A DNA stretch of 64,000 bases, taken from positions 68,782 to 132,781 of the forward strand of contig LFCP01000004.1 in assembly GCA_001189155.1 (NCBI GenBank). The letters run 5' to 3'. This stretch comes from Parcubacteria bacterium C7867-006 (GTDB lineage Bacteria > Patescibacteriota > Minisyncoccia > Phycocordibacterales > DATDWN01). The notes beneath the pieces were generated by a model that worked only from the letters and a program-made list of their open reading frames with translations, searched no databases and was not told the DNA's origin. The position numbers and the translations under genes were made by a program. Shown here in pieces: positions 28,387-38,244 of the stretch. Positions within the stretch are counted from its first letter, which is position 1, and the number at the start of each line of letters is the position of its first letter.

Positions 28387-29826
28387 CTACACAAACCCCG
28401 GGAAGAAATCTGTCTTTATGTTTGAACTCTTAACTCCCATTTTAGCAAGCGTTGATTCAAAGGCTGTTATCATTCCATGTGGGCCTGATATATAAAACAT
28501 TCTATCAGCAAAATCTGGAACATTATCTCTTATCATTTTTTCATCCACAAAACCTATTTTCATATCATCCTCAATAACAGTGCCAGCCAAATCATTAACA
28601 GCATATATCGTTTTCAATCCATAAACTTTAGCTTGATCAAATATATCTTTATAAACAATATCAGTTGGAGTTCTGTTTGAGAAAAATAAAACAATGTCTC
28701 TATTCTGACCAAAATCTAAAAGATTTTTTACCATACTTCTGAAAGGTGTAATTCCAATGCCTCCAGCGATGAAAACCAGTTTTTTATTTTTATCTTCAGG
28801 TAAAATAAACTCACCAGATAGTTGTGAAGCAATTATTTTGTCTCCAGCATTTAAAGAACCGAGTTTTTTCTTAAAAGAGCTAGAATTATTATAAAACTTT
28901 ACTCCTAGTTTTAGATTTTCCTCTGTGGGAGAAGAAGCAATAGTAAAATACCGCCTATTTCCTCTTTGATCTGGATTTTTGTGACCCAAAGTCCATTCCA
29001 GATACTGTCCAGATTTAAAATTAAATTTTTGATCAAGCTTCCATTCAAACTCATAAACATCTTTTGTTAAAGCTCTCTTCTGAATAAGAGTCAAAACCAA
29101 TCTAGCTCTCGGAGAAACTATATAAGAGAAAATATTTCCAATGACTAGAGCTAAACCTGGAGTTGAATATAGAATGCCGAACTCAAACTGAGCACCGAAC
29201 ATAAACCCTGTTATGACTGCATACATAATCTGCAGTTTTTTCGTTGGTGGAGTTGTCAGTGGTTCAGTTAGCATTATAGAACCGAAAAACAATATAGGCC
29301 CAGATATAAAAGTTATTTTTAAAATCTCTACTATATCTGAAATGGAAGAAAAGTTGAATATCAAAATACTAACAAGACTCGCCAAAACAAAAGCAAAAAA
29401 CATTTGGAATCTTTTTAGTTTTCTCAAAACAAGAAAACCTAGTATTGAAACAGGAACAACCATAGAGCTAGTCGCTACCCACCATGATGCAATACCGCTA
29501 CCAAACAGACCTATCAAAAAAATAGACACTGCTACAGGATTAAATATATGTTTTTTATCTATTGTCAGGAGGTATTTTGACGCCATGTAACTAGATATCC
29601 ATACAGACTCAACGTTTGTTTGAACTTTAAACAAGGATGAAAATAATTGATTTGTAACAAAACAAACAGCAAATAAAACAAGTAAAGTAGAAATCAGAGA
29701 TACCCCACTGTACGGTAGCACTCCAAAAAATCCGAGAACTATTGCTACTAAAGATAAAATAGTAAGTCCGTACAAAACTATTTTGTACATAGTTATTCCA
29801 TTTAGAAAATTATCTATATATTTCAT
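28387..29826 (-). CDS. polytopic membrane protein fused to C-terminal FNR-like FAD- and NAD(P)-binding oxidoreductase domain
   Basis: N-terminal 6 or more TM domain (no His pairs, so not a heme ferric-reductase domain); RRYFTIASSP (RxY[ST]), AGGIGITPF, ISGPHGM motifs. Confidence 0.7.
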   Translation of the reverse strand: MKYIDNFLNGITMYKIVLYGLTILSLVAIVLGFFGVLPYSGVSLISTLLVLFAVCFVTNQLFSSLFKVQTNVESVWISSYMASKYLLTIDKKHIFNPVAVSIFLIGLFGSGIASWWVATSSMVVPVSILGFLVLRKLKRFQMFFAFVLASLVSILIFNFSSISDIVEILKITFISGPILFFGSIMLTEPLTTPPTKKLQIMYAVITGFMFGAQFEFGILYSTPGLALVIGNIFSYIVSPRARLVLTLIQKRALTKDVYEFEWKLDQKFNFKSGQYLEWTLGHKNPDQRGNRRYFTIASSPTEENLKLGVKFYNNSSSFKKKLGSLNAGDKIIASQLSGEFILPEDKNKKLVFIAGGIGITPFRSMVKNLLDFGQNRDIVLFFSNRTPTDIVYKDIFDQAKVYGLKTIYAVNDLAGTVIEDDMKIGFVDEKMIRDNVPDFADRMFYISGPHGMITAFESTLAKMGVKSSNIKTDFFPGFV

Positions 29827-29841
29827 ATTTGTATAATACCA

Positions 29842-30714
29842 TTATGAAGTAAATATTTCCGCATTAAAACCTACAGACTTTTTCATAGAATAGTCAGAAT
29901 AAATTATCAAATACTGAAAATCAAAATGTTTTGCCAGAGTTTCTGGAGTTACAAAAAATAAACCTGTAGTGAGAATATCAGCTAGTATAGTTGTGTCAGC
30001 CAAAGTCCAAACCGCCAAAATATCTTTTGGAGAAGATAGAGTCTCTGGACTTATGACATGGTGAAAGTTCCTCCACTTACGACGATTACCCGCTGAGCCA
30101 CACAAACTCTGGTTCAAAATATCAATAGTACCTATTACCATAGTGCTATCATCCGGATGTTCTAACCCTACCTTTAATTTTTCGCCAGTAACATTTTTCT
30201 GTCTCATATCTCCACCAGCATCTACACAGTATGACTGAACACCTTCCCCCTCAATTATCTCTGAAACAATATCAACCAAATATCCTTTTCCGCCAGCACC
30301 AAAATCAAGGACTACTGGTTCTGATAATGTTAATTTTGGACTCTCCCATTTTATAACCTCATCCCAAGTTTTTGGTTTTGTTAGGTGTTTAGGAGATAAA
30401 GAATAATTTGCATCATATCCAGCGTCTACCAAAACTTGGCCAATAAGTGGAGTCACTAAACCAGAAGTCACATCATACATTTTTTTATAAAGCATCATCA
30501 TCAGATCGGCGTCTTCTGACAGTTCAAACTCACCAGACTCTTTAGACATTTTTGTCACCAAAGAATCCTCTCTAAAACGGGAGTAGTCCAGATCAAACTT
30601 CACTATCCTGTCATTTATTTTTTGAAGCAAAACAACCTCTCTTTCTTTTGAGAGGTTGTTTTGTATATCTATCTGCCAGTGTGTTCCGATAGCTTCAAAT
30701 TCAAACTTTGTCAT
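29842..30714 (-). CDS. apbE: FAD:protein FMN transferase (ApbE family)
   Basis: DFGAGGKGYLVD and C-terminal ADTTILADILTTGLF ApbE motifs; no obvious signal peptide. Confidence 0.8.
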   Translation of the reverse strand: MTKFEFEAIGTHWQIDIQNNLSKEREVVLLQKINDRIVKFDLDYSRFREDSLVTKMSKESGEFELSEDADLMMMLYKKMYDVTSGLVTPLIGQVLVDAGYDANYSLSPKHLTKPKTWDEVIKWESPKLTLSEPVVLDFGAGGKGYLVDIVSEIIEGEGVQSYCVDAGGDMRQKNVTGEKLKVGLEHPDDSTMVIGTIDILNQSLCGSAGNRRKWRNFHHVISPETLSSPKDILAVWTLADTTILADILTTGLFFVTPETLAKHFDFQYLIIYSDYSMKKSVGFNAEIFTS

Positions 30715-30721
30715 GTAAAAG

Positions 30722-31195
30722 TTAGGCTTTGGCTTGTGCTTCGATTTGATTTAGTGCATCCATAAATCCTTTTGGAGTTAGAGATGAACCAGAAACTTTA
30801 GTAAGAGCAATATCATCTACCTTTTTACCAACAACCTGAGCATTAACTCCAGAAATAAACTTAGCCTGCCACTCCTTTGACTCCTTTCTTGTTGCTTGTG
30901 ATATTACATTTGCACTAGTTACAACATCATCTTTCAAAGTTAGAGTAACTGCGATACTTTCTGAACCTCCTGGAGAAATATATGAACCAGTAGCTGAATA
31001 TGATCCGTCTTTATATAGTAAAGTTGGAGTTTGTACTGTTGGAACAGTTCCAGTTGTATCTTGAACAACAGGAGTTCCGACTACTGACTCAGTAGTTCCC
31101 TTCATATATTTATAACCTCCAAACGCACCTAGAGCTATCACAACAACTGCAACAGTCCATAAAATTGCACCGCTTCCTTTCTTTTGTTCTTCCAT
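30722..31195 (-). CDS. membrane-anchored FMN-binding domain protein (NqrC/RnfG-like), probable ApbE substrate
   Basis: N-in TM anchor; FMN_bind fold features; candidate flavinylation motif VSGSSLT near C-terminus. Confidence 0.65.
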   Translation of the reverse strand: MEEQKKGSGAILWTVAVVVIALGAFGGYKYMKGTTESVVGTPVVQDTTGTVPTVQTPTLLYKDGSYSATGSYISPGGSESIAVTLTLKDDVVTSANVISQATRKESKEWQAKFISGVNAQVVGKKVDDIALTKVSGSSLTPKGFMDALNQIEAQAKA

Positions 31196-31246
31196 TTATT
31201 TTTAATTAAAGTTAATCAGAAAATATTATATCTATTTATTTTGTTT

Positions 31247-31600
31247 TTATCTACCACCCATTTTCCCCCCTCTAAAACCTTTGTGTAGATTTGTTGTATC
31301 AATACCGTGTTCCTGCATTATTTGTTTCATTGTTTTTCCAGATTTAAGTTCTTGTCTAATTTCTTCGCGAGTCAAACCCAGTCCACCTGCAAGAGCATTA
31401 ACCCCTTTTGGTGTATTCCATTTTCGCATCATATGCATACCAGTATCACCAGCATTCTGATAATAACCTGGCAAACTCAAGTCTGCTGTTTCAGCAAGAG
31501 CGACATTGCTTGTGCCCATCAGTATCATTCCGGCCACAATTCCAGAGCTAGCTCCGGCAATAATGGCCTTTGTCATTCTTTTGTATCTTTTATCTTTCAT
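31247..31600 (-). CDS. small secreted protein
   Basis: signal peptide; Gly/Met-rich; same operon orientation as flavinylation genes. Confidence 0.35.
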   Translation of the reverse strand: MKDKRYKRMTKAIIAGASSGIVAGMILMGTSNVALAETADLSLPGYYQNAGDTGMHMMRKWNTPKGVNALAGGLGLTREEIRQELKSGKTMKQIMQEHGIDTTNLHKGFRGGKMGGR

Positions 31601-31702
31601 ATTTTTATTTATATTATTACCGTTAACTATCTGTTAAATACTTACACTATTAGATACAAAACATATTTTATTTTATTTCACAAAAATACAAATGGAACAA
31701 TT

Positions 31703-32434
31703 TTATTGCTCATTAGTCAATTTACGCATACCATATGCCCTTATTCCATCAGACATTTTATCTCCCGCTATGAAAATTTGATCTCCCGGATTAAGTGATA
31801 ATGAGTAAACATCCGTGTTACCTGGAACAAAAACCTCTATAGTCATATCGTCTGCATCAGAATCATAGTCGTTATACTTCATATAAAAAGTACTAGTCCC
31901 CTCAATAGAGATTATCTCTCCACGGAATATACCTTGATTACCATGAGATTTCCTCAGTCCCATATAAAACCCACCAGCTATTGGTAAGTTTTTTTGTTCA
32001 GCTCTGTAAAGTAGACCCTTATGGAAAGAAGTGAAATTTATAAGAGAACCGAGTAAAGTTATAGAAGCCAGAGTCCCGATGAAGAGGAAAAGAACTGGGC
32101 TGTTGTATCCAAATCTAAAACTTTTAAGTAGCCAGTCTAGAAAAATGATGAGAGCAATATCAATTCCCAAAATAACCCACGGCAAAGCCATAATAAAATG
32201 ATAAAAACCTTTTGCGCCAAAACCAAGTAGGAAAAATTGGCCACTAACTTTTATACTGAATAAAACATAACTAACTATGATTGAAGATAGAATGAAAGTC
32301 AGGAATATAGTCACACCCAAAAGTGCGAGCTTTAGCATAAAATAATACTTTGGCTTCATATTAACCTCACCTGAATTTATTTTATTCAGAATTTGATCTT
32401 TTATGTTATTTATTTGTGTATTTTCTGTATTCAT
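31703..32434 (-). CDS. putative anti-sigma factor (polytopic membrane protein with extracytoplasmic C-terminal domain)
   Basis: 4-nt overlap with upstream ECF sigma gene; 4 TM segments. Confidence 0.4.
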   Translation of the reverse strand: MNTENTQINNIKDQILNKINSGEVNMKPKYYFMLKLALLGVTIFLTFILSSIIVSYVLFSIKVSGQFFLLGFGAKGFYHFIMALPWVILGIDIALIIFLDWLLKSFRFGYNSPVLFLFIGTLASITLLGSLINFTSFHKGLLYRAEQKNLPIAGGFYMGLRKSHGNQGIFRGEIISIEGTSTFYMKYNDYDSDADDMTIEVFVPGNTDVYSLSLNPGDQIFIAGDKMSDGIRAYGMRKLTNEQ

Positions 32435-33027
32435 ATTTTTGGTATTTCTATATTTGTTTTCTCCATCGCATCTCTTAAAATCTCTTTGGCCCTCATTATT
32501 CTCACACCCACCGTCCCTATAGGAATATGCAAAATATCGGAGATTTCCTTATAACTCAACTCTTCAATAAAATACAAAACTAAAATCTCTCGGTATTTAG
32601 GCTCAATCAAAGATAATCCTTTATCAACAACGTCTTTCATTTCTCTTTGTTCTTTCTCTCTAACAATAGGATCATCAACTACTGTATGAGAAACAAGAGC
32701 GTCAAAATCAAAAAGGTACATAGGACCTACTGAGCTCTTTTTTATGGCATTAACATAAGTATTGTGAGCAATACGATAAATCCAAGGAGAAAACCTTTGG
32801 TTTACATCAAAACTGTTTATGTTTTGATATGTTTTTATAAAAACATCCTGGACAACATCCTCAATATTGTCACTGTCGTACAAAAACTTTTTACCATATC
32901 TAAAAAGCTTCGCTTGATAACGCTCCATAAGAACACCGAATTTATCCGTATCTCCCTTTTGGACGAGTCCGGCTAATTCTTCATCAGAAAGACTCTCAGT
33001 ATTACTGTTCATTTGTATACTATACAC
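32431..33027 (-). CDS. ECF-type sigma-70 family RNA polymerase sigma factor
   Basis: region 2 (DVVQDVFIKTY) and region 4 HTH (LSYKEISDILHIPIGTVGVRIMRAKEILR). Confidence 0.8.
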   Translation of the reverse strand: MYSIQMNSNTESLSDEELAGLVQKGDTDKFGVLMERYQAKLFRYGKKFLYDSDNIEDVVQDVFIKTYQNINSFDVNQRFSPWIYRIAHNTYVNAIKKSSVGPMYLFDFDALVSHTVVDDPIVREKEQREMKDVVDKGLSLIEPKYREILVLYFIEELSYKEISDILHIPIGTVGVRIMRAKEILRDAMEKTNIEIPKI

Positions 33028-33052
33028 CTAATACAATCGGGGAGGAAAAATA

Positions 33053-33529
33053 TTACTTCGCTTTTTCTATGTGAAATTTGATGCGATATTCAGACTGTTC
33101 TGTTGGTTTTTTACTGTACAAGGGAGGGTTTATCTCAACAATGGATATTTTATAGCCAGCGAACTCCTGTGGAACTTCATCTGAAGGCATATTTTTTGTA
33201 ACTGCTTCTTTTCCATACACAAAAGTTACATTTGTATTTATTGCCCCCGCCTGGATACATTGCACATCAACTGGACAACGATAGTCGTTTGGAACTGAAT
33301 TCAAAGTTATCTTGAATTCTCCCAGACTTTTTGTTTGACCAACAGACAGAACAACATCTCCAATACTTGGGATGCTAACTTCAGACTCTGGAGTCGTCCT
33401 TTTAAACTCCATTAATTTTTCATATTGAACTCCAAAGCAAAAAGCCAACCAAAATGTCGAAACAAAAACAATAATCGCTATTAATTTTGAGTACCAAGTA
33501 ACTCTATTCCATTCTATATTCATATTCAT
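33053..33529 (-). CDS. hypothetical membrane-anchored protein
   Basis: single N-terminal TM, ORF only. Confidence 0.35.
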   Translation of the reverse strand: MNMNIEWNRVTWYSKLIAIIVFVSTFWLAFCFGVQYEKLMEFKRTTPESEVSIPSIGDVVLSVGQTKSLGEFKITLNSVPNDYRCPVDVQCIQAGAINTNVTFVYGKEAVTKNMPSDEVPQEFAGYKISIVEINPPLYSKKPTEQSEYRIKFHIEKAK

Positions 33530-33559
33530 ATTTTAACACGAACTTGTTACAATGTAAGT

Positions 33560-33991
33560 ATGTCAAATGATAACCCAATAATAAAAGATGTTTTTTGGAG
33601 ATATATTACTAACCTTTGGTGTCTTCTATCATATGCTGCAATTATTATAGACTTTATATATGATCATATACTTGGAGAAATCCTTCCATCTATTCTAGTA
33701 ATCTATGTTGCTCTACTTGTTATTTTTGCCGGAGTAAAAGAGTTTGAGAGATGGTATGAATTTAGAAGGGATAGACATCCAGGTGAATGGTTCGTAATAG
33801 GATGGACTATATTGGTTATAGGCATAATGGTAGCTACAGTTGTTATGCATAAGGAATACCACATTCCAGAAGAGGTTCTTGCAACTTATATTGCAGTATT
33901 ATCTATTATGGCAATCACTCAAAAATCAAAAAGACTTAAGGTTGAAAGAGATATTCATCAACACGAGTTAGAACTCAAACATCACGACTAA
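33560..33991 (+). CDS. hypothetical membrane protein (3 TM)
   Basis: ORF with hydrophobic segments. Confidence 0.35.
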   Translation: MSNDNPIIKDVFWRYITNLWCLLSYAAIIIDFIYDHILGEILPSILVIYVALLVIFAGVKEFERWYEFRRDRHPGEWFVIGWTILVIGIMVATVVMHKEYHIPEEVLATYIAVLSIMAITQKSKRLKVERDIHQHELELKHHD

Positions 33992-34046
33992 AATTGATTG
34001 TTAAGCATTATCGTGTTTGATACTATTTATATAGAGGAGGTTGGAG

Positions 34047-34310
34047 ATGAATGGGACCACGTCTGAATTGTACGGAGACTCCCAGTTGATCTACCTCGGC
34101 GAAAATCTCGTGAGGATGTTCAGGGGCGGCCGACACGTAGAGATTGGAGAGAGGAGAATTCTCGCGACCAGCCACAGACAAGTTGAGGTCGTCAAGATCA
34201 AGAAGCCTCAGAACCCATATGACGAGCATGAACCAATCGTCGAGGTGGAGTGCACTCTACCTAGTGGCGACAAGATTAGAAGTCTCATCAGATTTGATGA
34301 GTTGAGGTGA
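34047..34310 (+). CDS. GC-rich small soluble protein (87 aa) of unknown function
   Basis: about 55% GC island; strong SD GAGGAGG 6 nt before ATG at 34047; followed by hairpin AGGGGGT...ACCCCTCT plus T-run. Confidence 0.4.
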   Translation: MNGTTSELYGDSQLIYLGENLVRMFRGGRHVEIGERRILATSHRQVEVVKIKKPQNPYDEHEPIVEVECTLPSGDKIRSLIRFDELR

Positions 34311-34349
34311 ACTAAGGGGGTAACGCGTAATGGCGACCCCTCTTCGTTT

Positions 34350-35645
34350 TTATTTTAACGGAGCAGATCCAGCTGTTTGTTTAAGCGCATCTATCAAAGA
34401 GGTAGTGTTAAACGTGCTAATTAATTTATTTTTCCAAGTTTTATCTGTTGTTCTAACATCTGGATCAACACCTAGTCCCTCAATAGACTGATTGTCGTCA
34501 CGCAGAGTAATACTGTTAACTAAAAGTAGAGTATATTTAACTTTTGGATCTATGGCCGTATTCAGAGGATATGTATTCTCAACTGTCCCCCATCCACGAG
34601 TATTTGTTCCAACTGTTTTTGCTAAATGCAATCTTTTGAAAGTCGCTGCGGTTAACTCTGCTGTAGACTGTGTCATATTGTCAGTTATGATTGCGATTTC
34701 TTTGTATCTATCTAGAAGCGGATATTTTGGTTGGACCGTTCTTTGAACCTGATAGTCTCCCTGATGGAACAAATCAAATGCATATTGGTTTGGACCAACA
34801 AATAAACCTAGAAAGTTTTGTAGAAAATCTAGTGACCCACCGACATTACCTCTGACATCCAATATCATACTGTTTAAATTTTGGGTTGTTGATGCGTTAT
34901 CTATAGCAATAGCAAACTCTCCGAAAGTTGTTGGAGATATTTTACTAATATAAAAATACAAAGTGTTCCCTAGTTTGTGTACAAAAATAGTCGGTTCAAC
35001 TCCGGCTTGATCATAAAGAGTTTTGCTTTGAGGATTTGTTAAAACATTTTTTGTATAGGCCAACTGTTCCCTCTCAGCTTTTGCTGTTGGAGAAGTAGAA
35101 GCCTTTAACTCACTATCTTTTTTCTCAAACGCTTTTATAACCTCCTCTGCAGTTGCTCCTTTCTCTAGACCAAGGTTTTGATAAAGATTTTTTGTCGTAT
35201 CTATATTTGCAACATTTTGACGTAATGCTGTTTCTTCCTGAGTAGAAAGTATTCCGTTACGACCAATAGGTTGTAGATTATACAAAGTAACAATAAGTGT
35301 ATTCAGAGCAATATTTTTTTTAGCCTCTGTTGTAGTTGCCTCTTTTATTGCCATTGAAAGCATTTCTGCTGTGGCCTCTCTTGTACTAGAAGCCAAAGTA
35401 TAAGTTTTACCACTAGCCTTTTCCAAAGCTAGTTTGAAAAAGTTTGCTAGGTCATATTGTGAATGTGGAGCCCAATAGTTCTGAAGGATTGAATCGTAAG
35501 CCTCCATATCAAACCGAACATACTCATCGGATTCGAAAGTAGTTTTATAAACAACCGCCTTTTCAGGAAGTTTTTGTTTTTTAAAATATATTCCACCAGT
35601 AACAACAACACCTAGTACTAGTATATATAGTAAATATTTTTTCAT
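34350..35645 (-). CDS. S41-family (C-terminal processing/tail-specific) peptidase-like secreted protein
   Basis: ILDVRGNVGGSL and TQSTAELTAATFK...TVGTNTRG resemble S41 Ser/Lys catalytic motifs. Confidence 0.55.
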   Translation of the reverse strand: MKKYLLYILVLGVVVTGGIYFKKQKLPEKAVVYKTTFESDEYVRFDMEAYDSILQNYWAPHSQYDLANFFKLALEKASGKTYTLASSTREATAEMLSMAIKEATTTEAKKNIALNTLIVTLYNLQPIGRNGILSTQEETALRQNVANIDTTKNLYQNLGLEKGATAEEVIKAFEKKDSELKASTSPTAKAEREQLAYTKNVLTNPQSKTLYDQAGVEPTIFVHKLGNTLYFYISKISPTTFGEFAIAIDNASTTQNLNSMILDVRGNVGGSLDFLQNFLGLFVGPNQYAFDLFHQGDYQVQRTVQPKYPLLDRYKEIAIITDNMTQSTAELTAATFKRLHLAKTVGTNTRGWGTVENTYPLNTAIDPKVKYTLLLVNSITLRDDNQSIEGLGVDPDVRTTDKTWKNKLISTFNTTSLIDALKQTAGSAPLK

Positions 35646-35792
35646 TACTAAATTATTTCCAGATTAATATTAAAAAAACTACAATAATCGCCAATAAAAT
35701 AAATAGTAAATGATTGTATTTTGAGTGTCCGTAAAGCATCATATCTTTATTATATTACATTTTTTAAAATTTTAAACCAACACCAACTCTAC

Positions 35793-36608
35793 CTACAGAG
35801 AAACCTGTTCTGTTTTTATATTTTTACCAAAAAATAAACTGCCGAGTTTCTGAAAACTGTCTGTTATATCTGTTGAGCAAAATCTGATTTTTTTATTTTT
35901 CCCAAGTTTCCTCTCTATCTCACTATGCCTTTTTAGATATTGTGACAGTTTATCTGGAACTACTCTGGCTTCAGAAACTATTGAGACACTCGGACCAACT
36001 GCTTTTTTTATTTTATTCTCTAACAAACCATAGTGTGTACAACCCAAAACCAAGGTATCTATTTTTTTATCTATAAGTGGTTTTAAATAATTTTTGATTA
36101 TGATATCCGTTGCTGGATTTTTTATTTCTCCTGACTCAACTATTGGAACCAGAAGCGGACAAGCTTTTTGAAAAACTTTCACTTTCGGATTTACTTTTTT
36201 GAACTCATCAATAAAAGCTTCGGATTTTACTGTTGCAACAGTAGCCACCACACCAACTTTGCTGTTTTTTGTTTTTGTCACAGATTCCTCAACTGCTGGA
36301 ATGAGAACACCCAAAACTCTTTTGTTTGGATATTTTTTTGGAAGATACTCCTGTTGTATTCTACGAAGAGCGTCGCTAGAGGCTGTGTTACAAGCAAAAA
36401 TCACCAACTCACAACCCTCTGCAAATAAAAAATCCACAGCCTGTTTACTGAACTCAAATATTTTTTCTTGAGAACGATTACCATATGGAGCGCGAGCAGT
36501 GTCTCCTAAATAAATATAGTTATACTCTGGAAGTTTTTTGACTATTCCTTTCAAAATATCTAGCCCACCAAAACCAGAATCAAAAACTCCTATGGATTTA
36601 AATTTCAT
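35793..36608 (-). CDS. murI: glutamate racemase
   Basis: IGVFDSGFGGL, FACNTASS, GCTHYGLL motifs. Confidence 0.9.
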   Translation of the reverse strand: MKFKSIGVFDSGFGGLDILKGIVKKLPEYNYIYLGDTARAPYGNRSQEKIFEFSKQAVDFLFAEGCELVIFACNTASSDALRRIQQEYLPKKYPNKRVLGVLIPAVEESVTKTKNSKVGVVATVATVKSEAFIDEFKKVNPKVKVFQKACPLLVPIVESGEIKNPATDIIIKNYLKPLIDKKIDTLVLGCTHYGLLENKIKKAVGPSVSIVSEARVVPDKLSQYLKRHSEIERKLGKNKKIRFCSTDITDSFQKLGSLFFGKNIKTEQVSL

Positions 36609-36628
36609 TTTTATTTATATAATACAAC

Positions 36629-37369
36629 TTAAAAACTTCTATACCCCCAACCTCGCCCCCTCATCATACCACCATTCATCATACTTCCCATCTCCACACC
36701 TGAAGAAATGATCTGTTTATATTCATCCTCTGTTATGTATTTAGGTTGATATGTAATCCCTAGTGTTTTTAACTGTGAGACAAAGGCTCTGAGATGATTC
36801 CTTGAGCCACGAGTTAGATTATCATACACAAGTTTTATGTCAGCGTTATCTGTTTTAGATATATATTTTTCCAAATCACTTATATCCAAATCCTCAATTG
36901 TTGCTCCGACGGTTAAAGCATCCTCCCTAGATAACAATCCTTTCTTTGTTAAGTCGTTGTATAAATTTTTCAAGTTCTGATTTACAAATACCCCCACAGT
37001 GTCATCTACGACAGGATCAGGAATACTATATTTCACAAGCAAAGCTCTGACTGCTTCTGTATGGGTCTGTTCACTTTGTGAGATATTAGAGAAAATTTGA
37101 ATTCCCCATTTATCATACAGAGTTATGTAAACATCACGAGCCAGTTTCTCTTCCTCGCGCATATACAGAAGTCCAATCTTTTCGTCTTCAGAGATACCCT
37201 GTATTGGTAGACTAGAAATCTCTGGTCTCATAGATAAATAGTCTGCTGGGACGACGTTATTCAAATATTGCCCCGCACTGGAAACCTCTTTGTTTGAACC
37301 ATTAAACATAAAAACTCCTGCAAGCACACCCACAATCAAAACAGCCACAACAATTAGTGTATTTTTCAT
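36629..37369 (-). CDS. DUF2202/ferritin-like domain secreted protein
   Basis: EEEKLARDVYITLYDKWG...NISQSEQTHTEAV pattern. Confidence 0.45.
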   Translation of the reverse strand: MKNTLIVVAVLIVGVLAGVFMFNGSNKEVSSAGQYLNNVVPADYLSMRPEISSLPIQGISEDEKIGLLYMREEEKLARDVYITLYDKWGIQIFSNISQSEQTHTEAVRALLVKYSIPDPVVDDTVGVFVNQNLKNLYNDLTKKGLLSREDALTVGATIEDLDISDLEKYISKTDNADIKLVYDNLTRGSRNHLRAFVSQLKTLGITYQPKYITEDEYKQIISSGVEMGSMMNGGMMRGRGWGYRSF

Positions 37370-37438
37370 ATTATTTAAGTTAGCTTATATATACTTGGTA
37401 CAATCCAACTATTGATTTTATAACACCCTAAGTAACAC

Positions 37439-38221
37439 CTATTCAAACTCTATATATAACGGTGAGTGATCTGATACCTCATCAGGCAAAACTCTGAAAT
37501 CTTTAACTTTTATTCCTGGTGAAGTAAAAATATAATCAGCAAAACGATGTTCTTTTTTATACAGACTTGTTCTCGTTGATTTTATATCAAATTTCTTCAC
37601 AAGATTAACAAGACCGGTATTCTCAAACATTTTTAAACTTTCAGTATCTGGCAAAAGATTAAAATCTCCACACAGCACAATAGGGTTAGTGACTTTGTTT
37701 ATAAAATTTACAATATTTGTAGATTGCAAAATCCTGTCATCTGTATCTGTCTTCCCCTTCCCATTCCATAAACCGTGAAAATTTATGACGGTTACTAAAC
37801 CATCTAGCGTATTTATATTTGCATATTGAATATTTCTTGCATGATTTCCAACATCACCTGTTGGCTCAAAATCTCTGTCTTTATAAACAAAGACATCTCC
37901 CTCCTCAACTAAATCTAAATCTTTTTTTATAAACATAGCCAGCCCATAGTGCTCTCCATAGTGTGGCCGAAAAAAACCATTAAAATCTGGCAAAACTGTA
38001 CTGATTTGCACATACAAATCCTCCATCATATTATGCAGAACAACCCCACCAACTATTGAATCATTCAACAATGAAGCTACCGCTTTGGATTTTTCATCCT
38101 TAACATTCCAAATTTCTTGAAAACAAAAAATATCAACTTCACTGGATTTTTGTTTGGCATAATCCAAAAATTCCCGATGACCAGCTCTAGCCCCCCAAGT
38201 ATTTAATGTTATTAGTTTCAT
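37439..38221 (-). CDS. endonuclease/exonuclease/phosphatase (EEP) family protein
   Basis: LNTWG...FCFQEIW N-terminal motif and C-terminal SDHSPL. Confidence 0.7.
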   Translation of the reverse strand: MKLITLNTWGARAGHREFLDYAKQKSSEVDIFCFQEIWNVKDEKSKAVASLLNDSIVGGVVLHNMMEDLYVQISTVLPDFNGFFRPHYGEHYGLAMFIKKDLDLVEEGDVFVYKDRDFEPTGDVGNHARNIQYANINTLDGLVTVINFHGLWNGKGKTDTDDRILQSTNIVNFINKVTNPIVLCGDFNLLPDTESLKMFENTGLVNLVKKFDIKSTRTSLYKKEHRFADYIFTSPGIKVKDFRVLPDEVSDHSPLYIEFE

Positions 38222-38244
38222 AACTATTTATACTCAAATATATT

